64,000 bases of DNA from a virus. The stretch spans positions 17,141 through 81,140 of IMG/VR virus record IMGVR_UViG_3300020185_004330; one strand, 5' to 3'. Made by a program: the position numbers and the translations under genes. The notes beneath the pieces were generated by a model. The model was not told the origin of the DNA. It saw only the letters and a list, made by a program, of their open reading frames with translations, and ran no database searches. Below are positions 56,911 through 64,000 of this stretch, piece by piece (the stretch's first letter is position 1; every line of letters starts with the position of its first letter).

Positions 56911-57573
56911 ATGAAGAGAAAAATGTTAGTTTTAGTTGGACCACCTTCTGTAGGAAAATCAACATGGATGGCCTCAAACTACCCAGAAGCATATGTTATC
57001 AATAGAGATGACATTGTGGAATCAGTAGCATCAAGCTATGGTTGGACTTATGATGATATGTTTGCAACGCCACCAGTCGATGCAGAAATGGGTGAGACTG
57101 ACGAAAAGTATGGAATAGTCAAAGAGTCTCCTTCTTGGATGACTTGGACTAACACTATATTTGACAAAGTTTTTGAAGCAAATGGAAAAGTTCAAAAACT
57201 AATGAACGACAAGGTCACCCAGGCACACCCCAGTAACAAAGATGTGGTTGTTGACATGACAAATATGAACTCAAACTCCAGAAAAAATGCAATGAAAGCA
57301 ATAGAGGGAAATGAGGATGAATATCACAAGGTGGCTGTAGATTTTAAATTTCAAGGAGCAGAAGATGTAATAAAAAAAATGGCAGAAAAAAGAGCTGAAT
57401 CAGCTAAGAGGATGGGCAAATCCAAAACTATTCCTTCAGATGTTTTTGATAAAATGTTTTCATCATATTCCAAACCATCTACTTCAGAGGGTTTTGATGA
57501 AATAGTGTCTGTTGATAATGTTGAAAATCTTAAATCTTCTTTAGACAAAGATGATTTAAAAAGAATCAATTAG
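56911..57573 (+). CDS. P-loop kinase (AAA_33 / polynucleotide kinase-like)
   Basis: LVGPPSVGKSTW, VVVDMTN...SR, PSTSEGFDEI. Confidence 0.8.
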   Translation: MKRKMLVLVGPPSVGKSTWMASNYPEAYVINRDDIVESVASSYGWTYDDMFATPPVDAEMGETDEKYGIVKESPSWMTWTNTIFDKVFEANGKVQKLMNDKVTQAHPSNKDVVVDMTNMNSNSRKNAMKAIEGNEDEYHKVAVDFKFQGAEDVIKKMAEKRAESAKRMGKSKTIPSDVFDKMFSSYSKPSTSEGFDEIVSVDNVENLKSSLDKDDLKRIN

Positions 57574-57594
57574 AAAAGAAATAAGAAAAGAGTT

Positions 57595-57846
57595 ATGGAA
57601 TTTATAGGTAAATATGAAAATTGGTACAACAGACTCGTAAAGGTTGGTTATGATGGAGCCGAAGATAAGGTAAAAAGTTTTATGGAAGCACATAACGATA
57701 TTATATGGGAGCAAAAGTTAGTAGAGTTTGTAAATAAGGGAATGGAAACAAAAGATGCTATGTCAAAAGTTAGCATTTTAAGAGAAGCATTTGCTGGTGA
57801 CCATAAATGTGAAAAGTTTGTTCAGTCTATAGAGGGTAAAAAATAA
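57595..57846 (+). CDS. Hypothetical protein
   Basis: 83-aa ORF. Confidence 0.55.
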   Translation: MEFIGKYENWYNRLVKVGYDGAEDKVKSFMEAHNDIIWEQKLVEFVNKGMETKDAMSKVSILREAFAGDHKCEKFVQSIEGKK

Positions 57847-57897
57847 TTATAATTTAATTAAAATCATATTTTATTAATATATTAAATAATAAAATTT

Positions 57898-58110
57898 ATG
57901 ACAAAAATCAGAATTAACGACTTGCCAAGCGAGGAGAGAATGTTTTTTTTAAAAAAATTTAAAACAAAATATTTTGAAGAAAATTTTGATGACCTTTATT
58001 TAGAACTTGAAGAAGAGTGTGTAAAAAGGGGATATATTGACAATGAAATAAAGTTCATATTAGAAAACAAATACGTTAAGGCTTATGTTTTAGTTGATTT
58101 GATTAAATAG
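57898..58110 (+). CDS. Hypothetical protein
   Basis: 70-aa ORF. Confidence 0.5.
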   Translation: MTKIRINDLPSEERMFFLKKFKTKYFEENFDDLYLELEEECVKRGYIDNEIKFILENKYVKAYVLVDLIK

Positions 58111-58149
58111 TTTAACCGCTTTATAAAACTATTATATATTTATATTCAT

Positions 58150-58647
58150 ATGCAGCAAGTATTAGTATTAAACAGCACATACCAGCCCATAAACGTAACA
58201 AGCTTATCCAGAGGTTTTAAGCTAGTTTTTAAAGGGAAGGCTGAAATACTAGAACACATCTCAAAAGAGCCTATTGTAACAGAAAGAAAAAGTTTTAAAA
58301 GACCTACAGTTATTAGGCTTTTAAAATACGTCTCTGTTCCTTTTAGAAAAGTTTATTTATGTAGACAAAATATATTTAGAAGAGATGATTTTCAGTGTCT
58401 GTACTGTGATAGCGAAAAGGACTTAACTATAGACCATGTAATACCTAGTTCTAGAGGAGGTAATAACACTTGGCAAAATTTAGCAACATGTTGTAAACAT
58501 TGTAACGAAACAAAGGACAACAAAACCCCAGAAGAAGCTAATATGAATATGAGACATAAACCTTTTAGGCCTTCTTATTTATATTATGTTCAGAAATTTA
58601 AAAGAATACATAAATCATGGAATGTTTATGTTGGAATTAAGAGTTAA
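58150..58647 (+). CDS. HNH endonuclease
   Basis: VLVLNSTYQP, RRDDFQCLYC, LTIDHVIPSSRGG...WQNLATCCKHCN. Confidence 0.9.
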   Translation: MQQVLVLNSTYQPINVTSLSRGFKLVFKGKAEILEHISKEPIVTERKSFKRPTVIRLLKYVSVPFRKVYLCRQNIFRRDDFQCLYCDSEKDLTIDHVIPSSRGGNNTWQNLATCCKHCNETKDNKTPEEANMNMRHKPFRPSYLYYVQKFKRIHKSWNVYVGIKS

Positions 58648-59510
58648 GACTTTTTATAAGCCCTAATATAATCTATTTCGTGATACGTTGGAAACGTAGC
58701 TTCATCTAGCTTCCTGTCTTCACCAGCATCTATCTGATTTCCTATAATGATGTGCATTGGATGCTTGAACTCTTCTATGGCTTTTGGGTTACTAAAAACT
58801 CTAATTAATATATTATCATAATATATTTTAAATCCTTTTTCATTCCATTCTACTGCATACGTGTGAAAGCTTTTTGATATATTACTAACGTTATGACCCA
58901 TCACTTTCATGTTTTTGTTCTCAGAAGTTCCCCAATGAAAGTTAGACTCGAAATTAACTAGACCCTTAACAGGTTTGCCAGTGTATGCTTCATATATATC
59001 TATCTCTGGCGGCCAAGCATGAGTAGACGCCATCCAAAATGCAGGCCAGTGACCTGGTTCTGAAGGCATTTTGCTTCTTATTTCAAAAAAACCGTACTTT
59101 TGTTCAAACGACTTAGAGCTATCTAGGTGCCCCACTCTATAGGGTATAGTATATGAACCATAATCCTCACCTTTCCAAGTCACATGATTTATTTTTATCG
59201 GATTTTTTTCAGCTTTTTGCTTTATTGTAGAGTCTGTAAATTCAAACATATTGTCTCCACAATATTGTAATGGAGCTTTATTTTCTTCAATTATGCTACC
59301 TGGATGGTATCTTAATCCAAAATAATGGTCAGTTCTCCATTTTTTTTTATCTAATTTCTTATTGTTAAATTCGTCTTGAAAAGTTAATTTCCACCCTTTT
59401 TTATTAGAATCATTTTTAACACTTTTGAACCTATTAGAGTCAAACGCCAAATAGCACCATAACCTAACTTTTAAAAAAAAGTTGATTACAAAATCTCTCA
59501 ACACCCACAT
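58644..59510 (-). CDS. Glycoside hydrolase family 16
   Basis: WKLTFQDEF, YGFFEIRSKMP..GHWPAFW, catalytic EIDIYE, FHTYAVEW, IDYIRAY. Confidence 0.85.
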   Translation of the reverse strand: MWVLRDFVINFFLKVRLWCYLAFDSNRFKSVKNDSNKKGWKLTFQDEFNNKKLDKKKWRTDHYFGLRYHPGSIIEENKAPLQYCGDNMFEFTDSTIKQKAEKNPIKINHVTWKGEDYGSYTIPYRVGHLDSSKSFEQKYGFFEIRSKMPSEPGHWPAFWMASTHAWPPEIDIYEAYTGKPVKGLVNFESNFHWGTSENKNMKVMGHNVSNISKSFHTYAVEWNEKGFKIYYDNILIRVFSNPKAIEEFKHPMHIIIGNQIDAGEDRKLDEATFPTYHEIDYIRAYKKS

Positions 59511-59525
59511 ATATATAATTTGATT

Positions 59526-59741
59526 TTACTTATCTTCGTTATTAAATATACCTCCAACCGTTCTAAGTCCAACCAAGGTACACCCAGCCACTAGAATAGA
59601 ATTGAACAATTCTTTTCCAACATCATAAAAGTGAAAGCCATCTAAAATATAAGTTGCAGCACATAGTGCCAAAAATATATTGCCCCAAAACTTTTTGCTT
59701 GATACTTTTCCACCCTTTTTTTCTGTGAATAAATCTTTCAT
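59526..59741 (-). CDS. Small two-TM membrane protein (holin-like, unproven)
   Basis: SSKKFWG plus two hydrophobic helices; lies between GH16 and lysozyme. Confidence 0.5.
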   Translation of the reverse strand: MKDLFTEKKGGKVSSKKFWGNIFLALCAATYILDGFHFYDVGKELFNSILVAGCTLVGLRTVGGIFNNEDK

Positions 59742-59762
59742 AATATTATTTTTAATTAAAAG

Positions 59763-59836
59763 TGGAGGATATCGGAGTCGAACCGATGACCTCCTGCGTG
59801 CAAGGCAGGCGCTCTAGCCAGCTGAGCTAATCCCCC
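59763..59836 (-). tRNA. tRNA-Ala (anticodon UGC)
   Basis: GGGGGATTAGCTCAGCTGG...CTTGCAC...GGTTCGACTCC...TCCTCCA; G3:U70 present; CCA not encoded. Confidence 0.95.
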
Positions 59837-59875
59837 ATCTTAAGTTCTATAATAAATATCATAAAAAATAATATA

Positions 59876-60886
59876 TTATATTATTCCTGCTAATTTTTTC
59901 AGCCTTTTTTTATGGCCTTCAGATATTATATTTTTCGATTTTTCAGCATCAATGACTAAAGGGTTAAACTCTAAAGACTTACCGAACATTTCAGATTCCT
60001 TTTTTCTTCTTTTGATATGACCTGGGTAACTTACGTTTGTGGATAATATTCTTTCTTTAGCTTCTTCGTAATTTCCTTTTTTGACTAGTTGTATGAAATC
60101 GCTACCTCTAAATCCACCCCTTCCCATGTTAAATGCCATGGAAACCATTGCATCGTACATGTCTTGGTCTACATAAAAAGGTATGTTTTTACCTTTCCAT
60201 TCTTCAAAAACACTTTTTACTGCTTTTTCAGCACTATTTAAATCTTTACTCAAAAGTTCTTCAGCTTCTTCTTTAGTTATTGTATCTCCAGCTTTAAATT
60301 TTGAATTACTTTTACTTTCAGCATGCCCCCAGCCAATGGTTATCATGCCATCTCCCAAATCATAAGCAACTAAAACTGGTTTTCCTTTAAATTTTGCAGA
60401 ACCCTCTTCTTTTTTTGTGAAATCAACTAATGAATCTGACACAGAGTTAGGCATGTAACTTAAAATCGCCTCTTCTTCATTTTCTTCAGAATCTAAATCT
60501 AAAACCTCACTAGATTCACCTTCTTCGTTATTTATTTTTAAGTCCAACTTAATTATTTCAATTTCATCATCTAGCCCCGAATTATTATTGGATGCATAAT
60601 CATAAAGTTGAGAGTAGCCCATTATACCAGCCAAAGACATAAAGGCGTATTTTAAAATTTTTAATTTTATTTTTTTAGGTATATTTTTAATTTTTTTAAA
60701 CAGTATATTTAAATATTGTTTTGCTTGCTCTTTGGTTTTCACGCTCATAGTAGAGTCTTTAACTTTTTTCTCTGTTAAATCCCATTCGTAAGTTGGAGAA
60801 GGTTCTTCAGAACTTTCTTTATATACACTTTTTATGGCCTCAGATATGAGAAATTCTATCTCTATTATATTAGATTCATTTAGCAT
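59876..60886 (-). CDS. GH24 phage lysozyme with long N-terminal extension
   Basis: EEG...AYDLGDGMITIGWGH, YDAMVSMAFNMG, RRKKE; probable start ATG 60886. Confidence 0.8.
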   Translation of the reverse strand: MLNESNIIEIEFLISEAIKSVYKESSEEPSPTYEWDLTEKKVKDSTMSVKTKEQAKQYLNILFKKIKNIPKKIKLKILKYAFMSLAGIMGYSQLYDYASNNNSGLDDEIEIIKLDLKINNEEGESSEVLDLDSEENEEEAILSYMPNSVSDSLVDFTKKEEGSAKFKGKPVLVAYDLGDGMITIGWGHAESKSNSKFKAGDTITKEEAEELLSKDLNSAEKAVKSVFEEWKGKNIPFYVDQDMYDAMVSMAFNMGRGGFRGSDFIQLVKKGNYEEAKERILSTNVSYPGHIKRRKKESEMFGKSLEFNPLVIDAEKSKNIISEGHKKRLKKLAGII

Positions 60887-60984
60887 GTAAATAAATAGTT
60901 TTAAAAAATAAGACCACTTATAGTAGCGAGCTTTAAGTGGTCTATGCAACCGAGGTTACAACGGTCCTAACCGTATTTTAAATG

Positions 60985-61419
60985 TTATGGGTATTGAAAT
61001 TCAATATCAATAGATTTATAATCATTATTTATTGATACCTCTGTTGGGTAAAGGCTGTTTGAATTTTCTTTTTTTTCTATGTTCAACTTAAACCCTTCAA
61101 AACTATCGCCGTCAATAATGCCTGAGCCAAAGTCATAAACTTTTTCAATATTTTCCAATTCATCCTCCCATGAATCTTCTGTTCCTCTATATACTTCAGA
61201 GTTTAAAGTCAATTTATGAATGTTAGGCTTTAATACACTGAATCCATATGTCTTTTCGTCAGTAAATAAGCTCCATTCTACCGTTGCAGTGGCGTCTCCA
61301 AAATAATCGTTTGGCCCCAGCACATCTTTCATATATAAATGTAAATTTACTTTTGTCACATACGTTTCTGAACCCGAACTTAATGCTTCTCTTATTATTT
61401 TCCTAATTTCATGCTTCAT
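60985..61419 (-). CDS. Hypothetical protein
   Basis: N-terminal MKHEIRKIIREAL peptide. Confidence 0.6.
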   Translation of the reverse strand: MKHEIRKIIREALSSGSETYVTKVNLHLYMKDVLGPNDYFGDATATVEWSLFTDEKTYGFSVLKPNIHKLTLNSEVYRGTEDSWEDELENIEKVYDFGSGIIDGDSFEGFKLNIEKKENSNSLYPTEVSINNDYKSIDIEFQYP

Positions 61420-61489
61420 GTTAATAAATATAATTAATTTTTATTTAATTTGTAATTATTTATTGTTATATTAGATTAGAAAAATAATT

Positions 61490-61888
61490 ATGAGTAATTT
61501 AAAAGATAAAATATCAGAAGACTTCATGAAAGCATTTAAGGCTAAAGATATGGATAAAAAGAACTTTCTTGGCGTAGTTAAGGGGGAGATTCAATTGCAA
61601 GAAGGTAGGGGAATAGATTCTACTGATGAAAATGTTTTAAAAGTTTTGAAAAAAATAGAAAAGTCTTTAAAACAAACAAATACCGAAGAAGCAACAAAGG
61701 AGCTTAGTTATATAGAAAAATATCTACCATCACAAATGAGTGAAGGCAAAATAAAAGAAATTATTCTCGAATACACAAATTCTGGAATGGTTAATATTGG
61801 TCAAATAATGGGCAAATTTAATAAAGAACACAAAGGTAAGGCTGATAACAAATTGGTTTCTGAAATAGTTAAATCCATTCTTAATTAA
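61490..61888 (+). CDS. GatB/YqeY-domain protein
   Basis: LKDKI.EDF.KA.KAKD, YLPSQMSE, IGQIMG...GKAD. Confidence 0.85.
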   Translation: MSNLKDKISEDFMKAFKAKDMDKKNFLGVVKGEIQLQEGRGIDSTDENVLKVLKKIEKSLKQTNTEEATKELSYIEKYLPSQMSEGKIKEIILEYTNSGMVNIGQIMGKFNKEHKGKADNKLVSEIVKSILN

Positions 61889-62188
61889 TTGAGTCATCCG
61901 TATAAATATAATAAATACAGCAATCCTAACTTAGAGTGGGAAAGAAAGCTTATTTTATATTGTAACTTTATTTCAGATAGACTTAAAAGTTATTTGGCAA
62001 AAAAGAATATGACAACAAAAGAGTTGTCTAAAAAAATTGATATTTCACACGAAAGTGCTAAATTGATGCTAGATGATGTTTATGTGTATAATTTTAACTT
62101 AGAGGAAATGAGCAAATTAGACCTTTTGTTTGAGGGTCATTATGATGTTTATGAAAAAAAGATTTTAATAGAAAAGTTAAACATTTAG
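61889..62188 (+). CDS. Hypothetical protein, possible HTH
   Basis: MTTKELSKKIDISHESA...YNFNLEEMSKL. Confidence 0.45.
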   Translation: MSHPYKYNKYSNPNLEWERKLILYCNFISDRLKSYLAKKNMTTKELSKKIDISHESAKLMLDDVYVYNFNLEEMSKLDLLFEGHYDVYEKKILIEKLNI

Positions 62189-62910
62189 TTAGAACCGCTA
62201 TAGTTTTTTCTTGGCTCCATTTTTTCATAAAAACCTTCTTTAGAACCTTTCCAATCCCAAGGCAATCCATGTTCTATGTTGTATTCCAATTGACTGTCAG
62301 AAACGCCTTTAAGCTTAAGTAGTGCCTTTTTCAATAAAGGTATATTATCTTTTGATAAAGATTCAGATATTACATCTCTAACAATAATTCTTATTGATTC
62401 ATTTATTTTAAAACCTTCTGAATCAATCGCCTTTAAATATGAAGTTGAATCCTTTTGATACCTAGCCAGCTCCTTTAATTCATCTCTTAATTCATCGTCT
62501 AACTCAGTCAAGTCAGATGTAGTGCTTTCATAATCTTCCAAGCCTTTTCCTATAGTTAAATAATCTAAGTTGTCATTTATGTATTCATATAAAATATATT
62601 CATCCAGTTCCCAATCTCCCAATTCTTCTTCAGGCATTCCATCTTCATCAAAGTCAACGCTTAAAATGCTCCTTGTTGCATAAGGCTCTAATTCACCTTT
62701 GTCTAAAAGATAAATGTTAAATATATATTTTTTACCAGATGATTTATCTTGCAAAATAGCCATTTCGTTGTTATCACTAAATATTACATCCATTTTGTAT
62801 TCTTTAGCCTCTTTTCCTTTTTTTTCATTTTCACCATCTCTCCAAGGCGCATTAGACATATGTTCCGCACCTAGGGGTAAATTGCTATTATTTTCTTCTA
62901 TTTTTTTCAT
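62185..62910 (-). CDS. Hypothetical acidic protein
   Basis: 241-aa ORF containing INESIRIIVRDVISES. Confidence 0.6.
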   Translation of the reverse strand: MKKIEENNSNLPLGAEHMSNAPWRDGENEKKGKEAKEYKMDVIFSDNNEMAILQDKSSGKKYIFNIYLLDKGELEPYATRSILSVDFDEDGMPEEELGDWELDEYILYEYINDNLDYLTIGKGLEDYESTTSDLTELDDELRDELKELARYQKDSTSYLKAIDSEGFKINESIRIIVRDVISESLSKDNIPLLKKALLKLKGVSDSQLEYNIEHGLPWDWKGSKEGFYEKMEPRKNYSGSN

Positions 62911-62916
62911 AATAAT

Positions 62917-63054
62917 CTATCTTCCTTGACCTCTATATTTTTTTTTGTAATTCTTAGCATTCTTAGACCTAGATGTTTTGTTTTTAGAATGAATACCTGG
63001 TCTCTTTTTTCTCATTATACCAAGGTTGTTACTAGATGATTTTGATTTTGCCAT
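62917..63054 (-). CDS. Small very basic protein (45 aa)
   Basis: MAKSKSSSNNLGIMRKKRPGIHSKNKTSRSKNAKNYKKKYRGQGR; TATTTAT box upstream. Confidence 0.6.
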   Translation of the reverse strand: MAKSKSSSNNLGIMRKKRPGIHSKNKTSRSKNAKNYKKKYRGQGR

Positions 63055-63133
63055 TTTAATTTTAATTGTTAATAATAAATATGAAAAAATTTCATTTATT
63101 GACTTTGGTGAACAATTTTCTTATCTTGCATAA

Positions 63134-63463
63134 ATGACTAAAAGTCTTTTGATAGAAAAGTACGAACATTTGTCTCTTAATTTAGCTTCTGTTCAAGTAA
63201 CAGGAGAATGTAGAACCTTAAGAGTGGCTTGGACTCCTGTGTTTACTCAAGATTTAGACTATTATACTCAAATAACAAATAGTTATGAGCATGAAGAGCC
63301 TGAGAATGTATATAAAAAGATATTATTAATTGAAAAGTATGTACCAAAAAAACTTACTGGATTTGATACTGAAGCTGAGCTAACAGATATACTATCAAGA
63401 CAATTAGCTCAAGAAATTGATAGAGAAATCTTATGTAATTTAACAAACTTAGAGAATGAGTGA
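63134..63463 (+). CDS. Mini-protein containing a major-capsid-protein (gp23-like) fragment
   Basis: CRTLRVAWTPVFTQDL...FDTEAELTDILSRQLAQEIDREI resembles T4 gp23 SRQLKAAYSIELAQDL...MDADAELSGILATEIMLEINREV. Confidence 0.65.
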   Translation: MTKSLLIEKYEHLSLNLASVQVTGECRTLRVAWTPVFTQDLDYYTQITNSYEHEEPENVYKKILLIEKYVPKKLTGFDTEAELTDILSRQLAQEIDREILCNLTNLENE

Positions 63464-63542
63464 TTTATTTGAAGCACCAATAGGTACATTGTTTTATATG
63501 GACTATAATAGTAATTCAATTCAAATAAAAGAATGCTATTAA
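63456..63542 (+). CDS. 28-aa mini-ORF resembling the gp23 PTG..F segment
   Basis: MSDLFEAPIGTLFYMDYNSNSIQIKECY; overlaps the previous stop. Confidence 0.35.
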   Translation: MSDLFEAPIGTLFYMDYNSNSIQIKECY

Positions 63543-63575
63543 TTGAAAGAAGAAAAAGAAAAAGAAGACTAGAAA

Positions 63576-63821
63576 ATGAAGTTGGAAAAAAAATTTATAG
63601 ATAGCTGGATTAATACATACAAAAGAACTTTATTAATTGAAAAGTATGTTGAACATAATGTTCGAGTTTTAGAAACTGATTTCACTGTTTTAGGTTATGA
63701 CTTAATCACATCTGGTTCAACTATAATCGGAATTAGCTCTAGAGCAGTCGGCGGCCCAATTAATGAGCCCATCAATATAGAGAATGTAGAACATATGAGA
63801 AATAATTTTGGTGATGTGTAA
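63576..63821 (+). CDS. Mini-protein containing a tail-sheath (gp18-like) N-terminal fragment
   Basis: STIIGISSRAVGGPINEPINIENVEHMRNNFG resembles T4 gp18 STGTAALAGKFQWGPAFQIKQVTNEVDLVNTFG. Confidence 0.5.
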   Translation: MKLEKKFIDSWINTYKRTLLIEKYVEHNVRVLETDFTVLGYDLITSGSTIIGISSRAVGGPINEPINIENVEHMRNNFGDV

Positions 63822-63872
63822 TATTTTTGAATAATTTACGTTTATATAAAACAACGATTAAAACAATAAATC

Positions 63873-64000
63873 ATGAGCTTAACACAAAAGGAAAAAGATA
63901 TAATTCAAGAAAGAGTAGAAAATATGACATCTAAACAAAGAAGTCGTAGAATGGATAGGTTAGTAAATGAATCTATAGTTAAGAGTGTCTTTGTGCATGT
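63873..64000 (+). CDS. Hypothetical protein, truncated by window end
   Basis: MSLTQKEKDIIQERVENM... is open to the window end. Confidence 0.5.
   Translation, partial: MSLTQKEKDIIQERVENMTSKQRSRRMDRLVNESIVKSVFVH

Noticed and set aside
1-64000. Alternative genetic code (stop-codon recoding)
   Set aside because: Long recognisable genes are intact in code 11, and TAA, TAG and TGA all end real genes.

Overview
This window is a 64-kb slice of an AT-rich jumbo myophage genome with T4-like tail architecture. It uses the standard genetic code. A Bacteroidota host is inferred from A-rich leaders without Shine-Dalgarno sites and from TAnnTTTG-like promoter boxes. Layout: 1-36 kb holds a phage sigma-factor fragment and a baseplate/tail/fibre module (gp5-, gp6-, gp25-like genes, fibre paralogues), interrupted by a J-domain protein and a truncated alanyl-tRNA synthetase. 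36-41 kb holds a RuvC-like resolvase, a primase and a fused Mre11-Rad50. 41-52 kb holds small proteins sharing a leader/tail peptide, a Cas4-like nuclease, an amidase endolysin and an SNF2 helicase. 52.5-54.2 kb is a five-copy, 344-bp-period array of DUF1566/CLec-type genes whose 3' ends show the adenine-specific hypervariation of diversity-generating retroelement (DGR) targets; no RT or template repeat is visible in the window. 54.3-56.1 kb is a tRNA/ncRNA island: tRNA-Arg, a group I intron-split tRNA(CAU), a free-standing endonuclease, an atypical tRNA-like element and unassigned structured RNA. 56-64 kb holds a kinase, HNH, GH16, tRNA-Ala, lysozyme, YqeY and mini-ORFs that look like fragments of major capsid and tail sheath proteins. 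All family assignments come from motifs recognised by eye; no database search was run.
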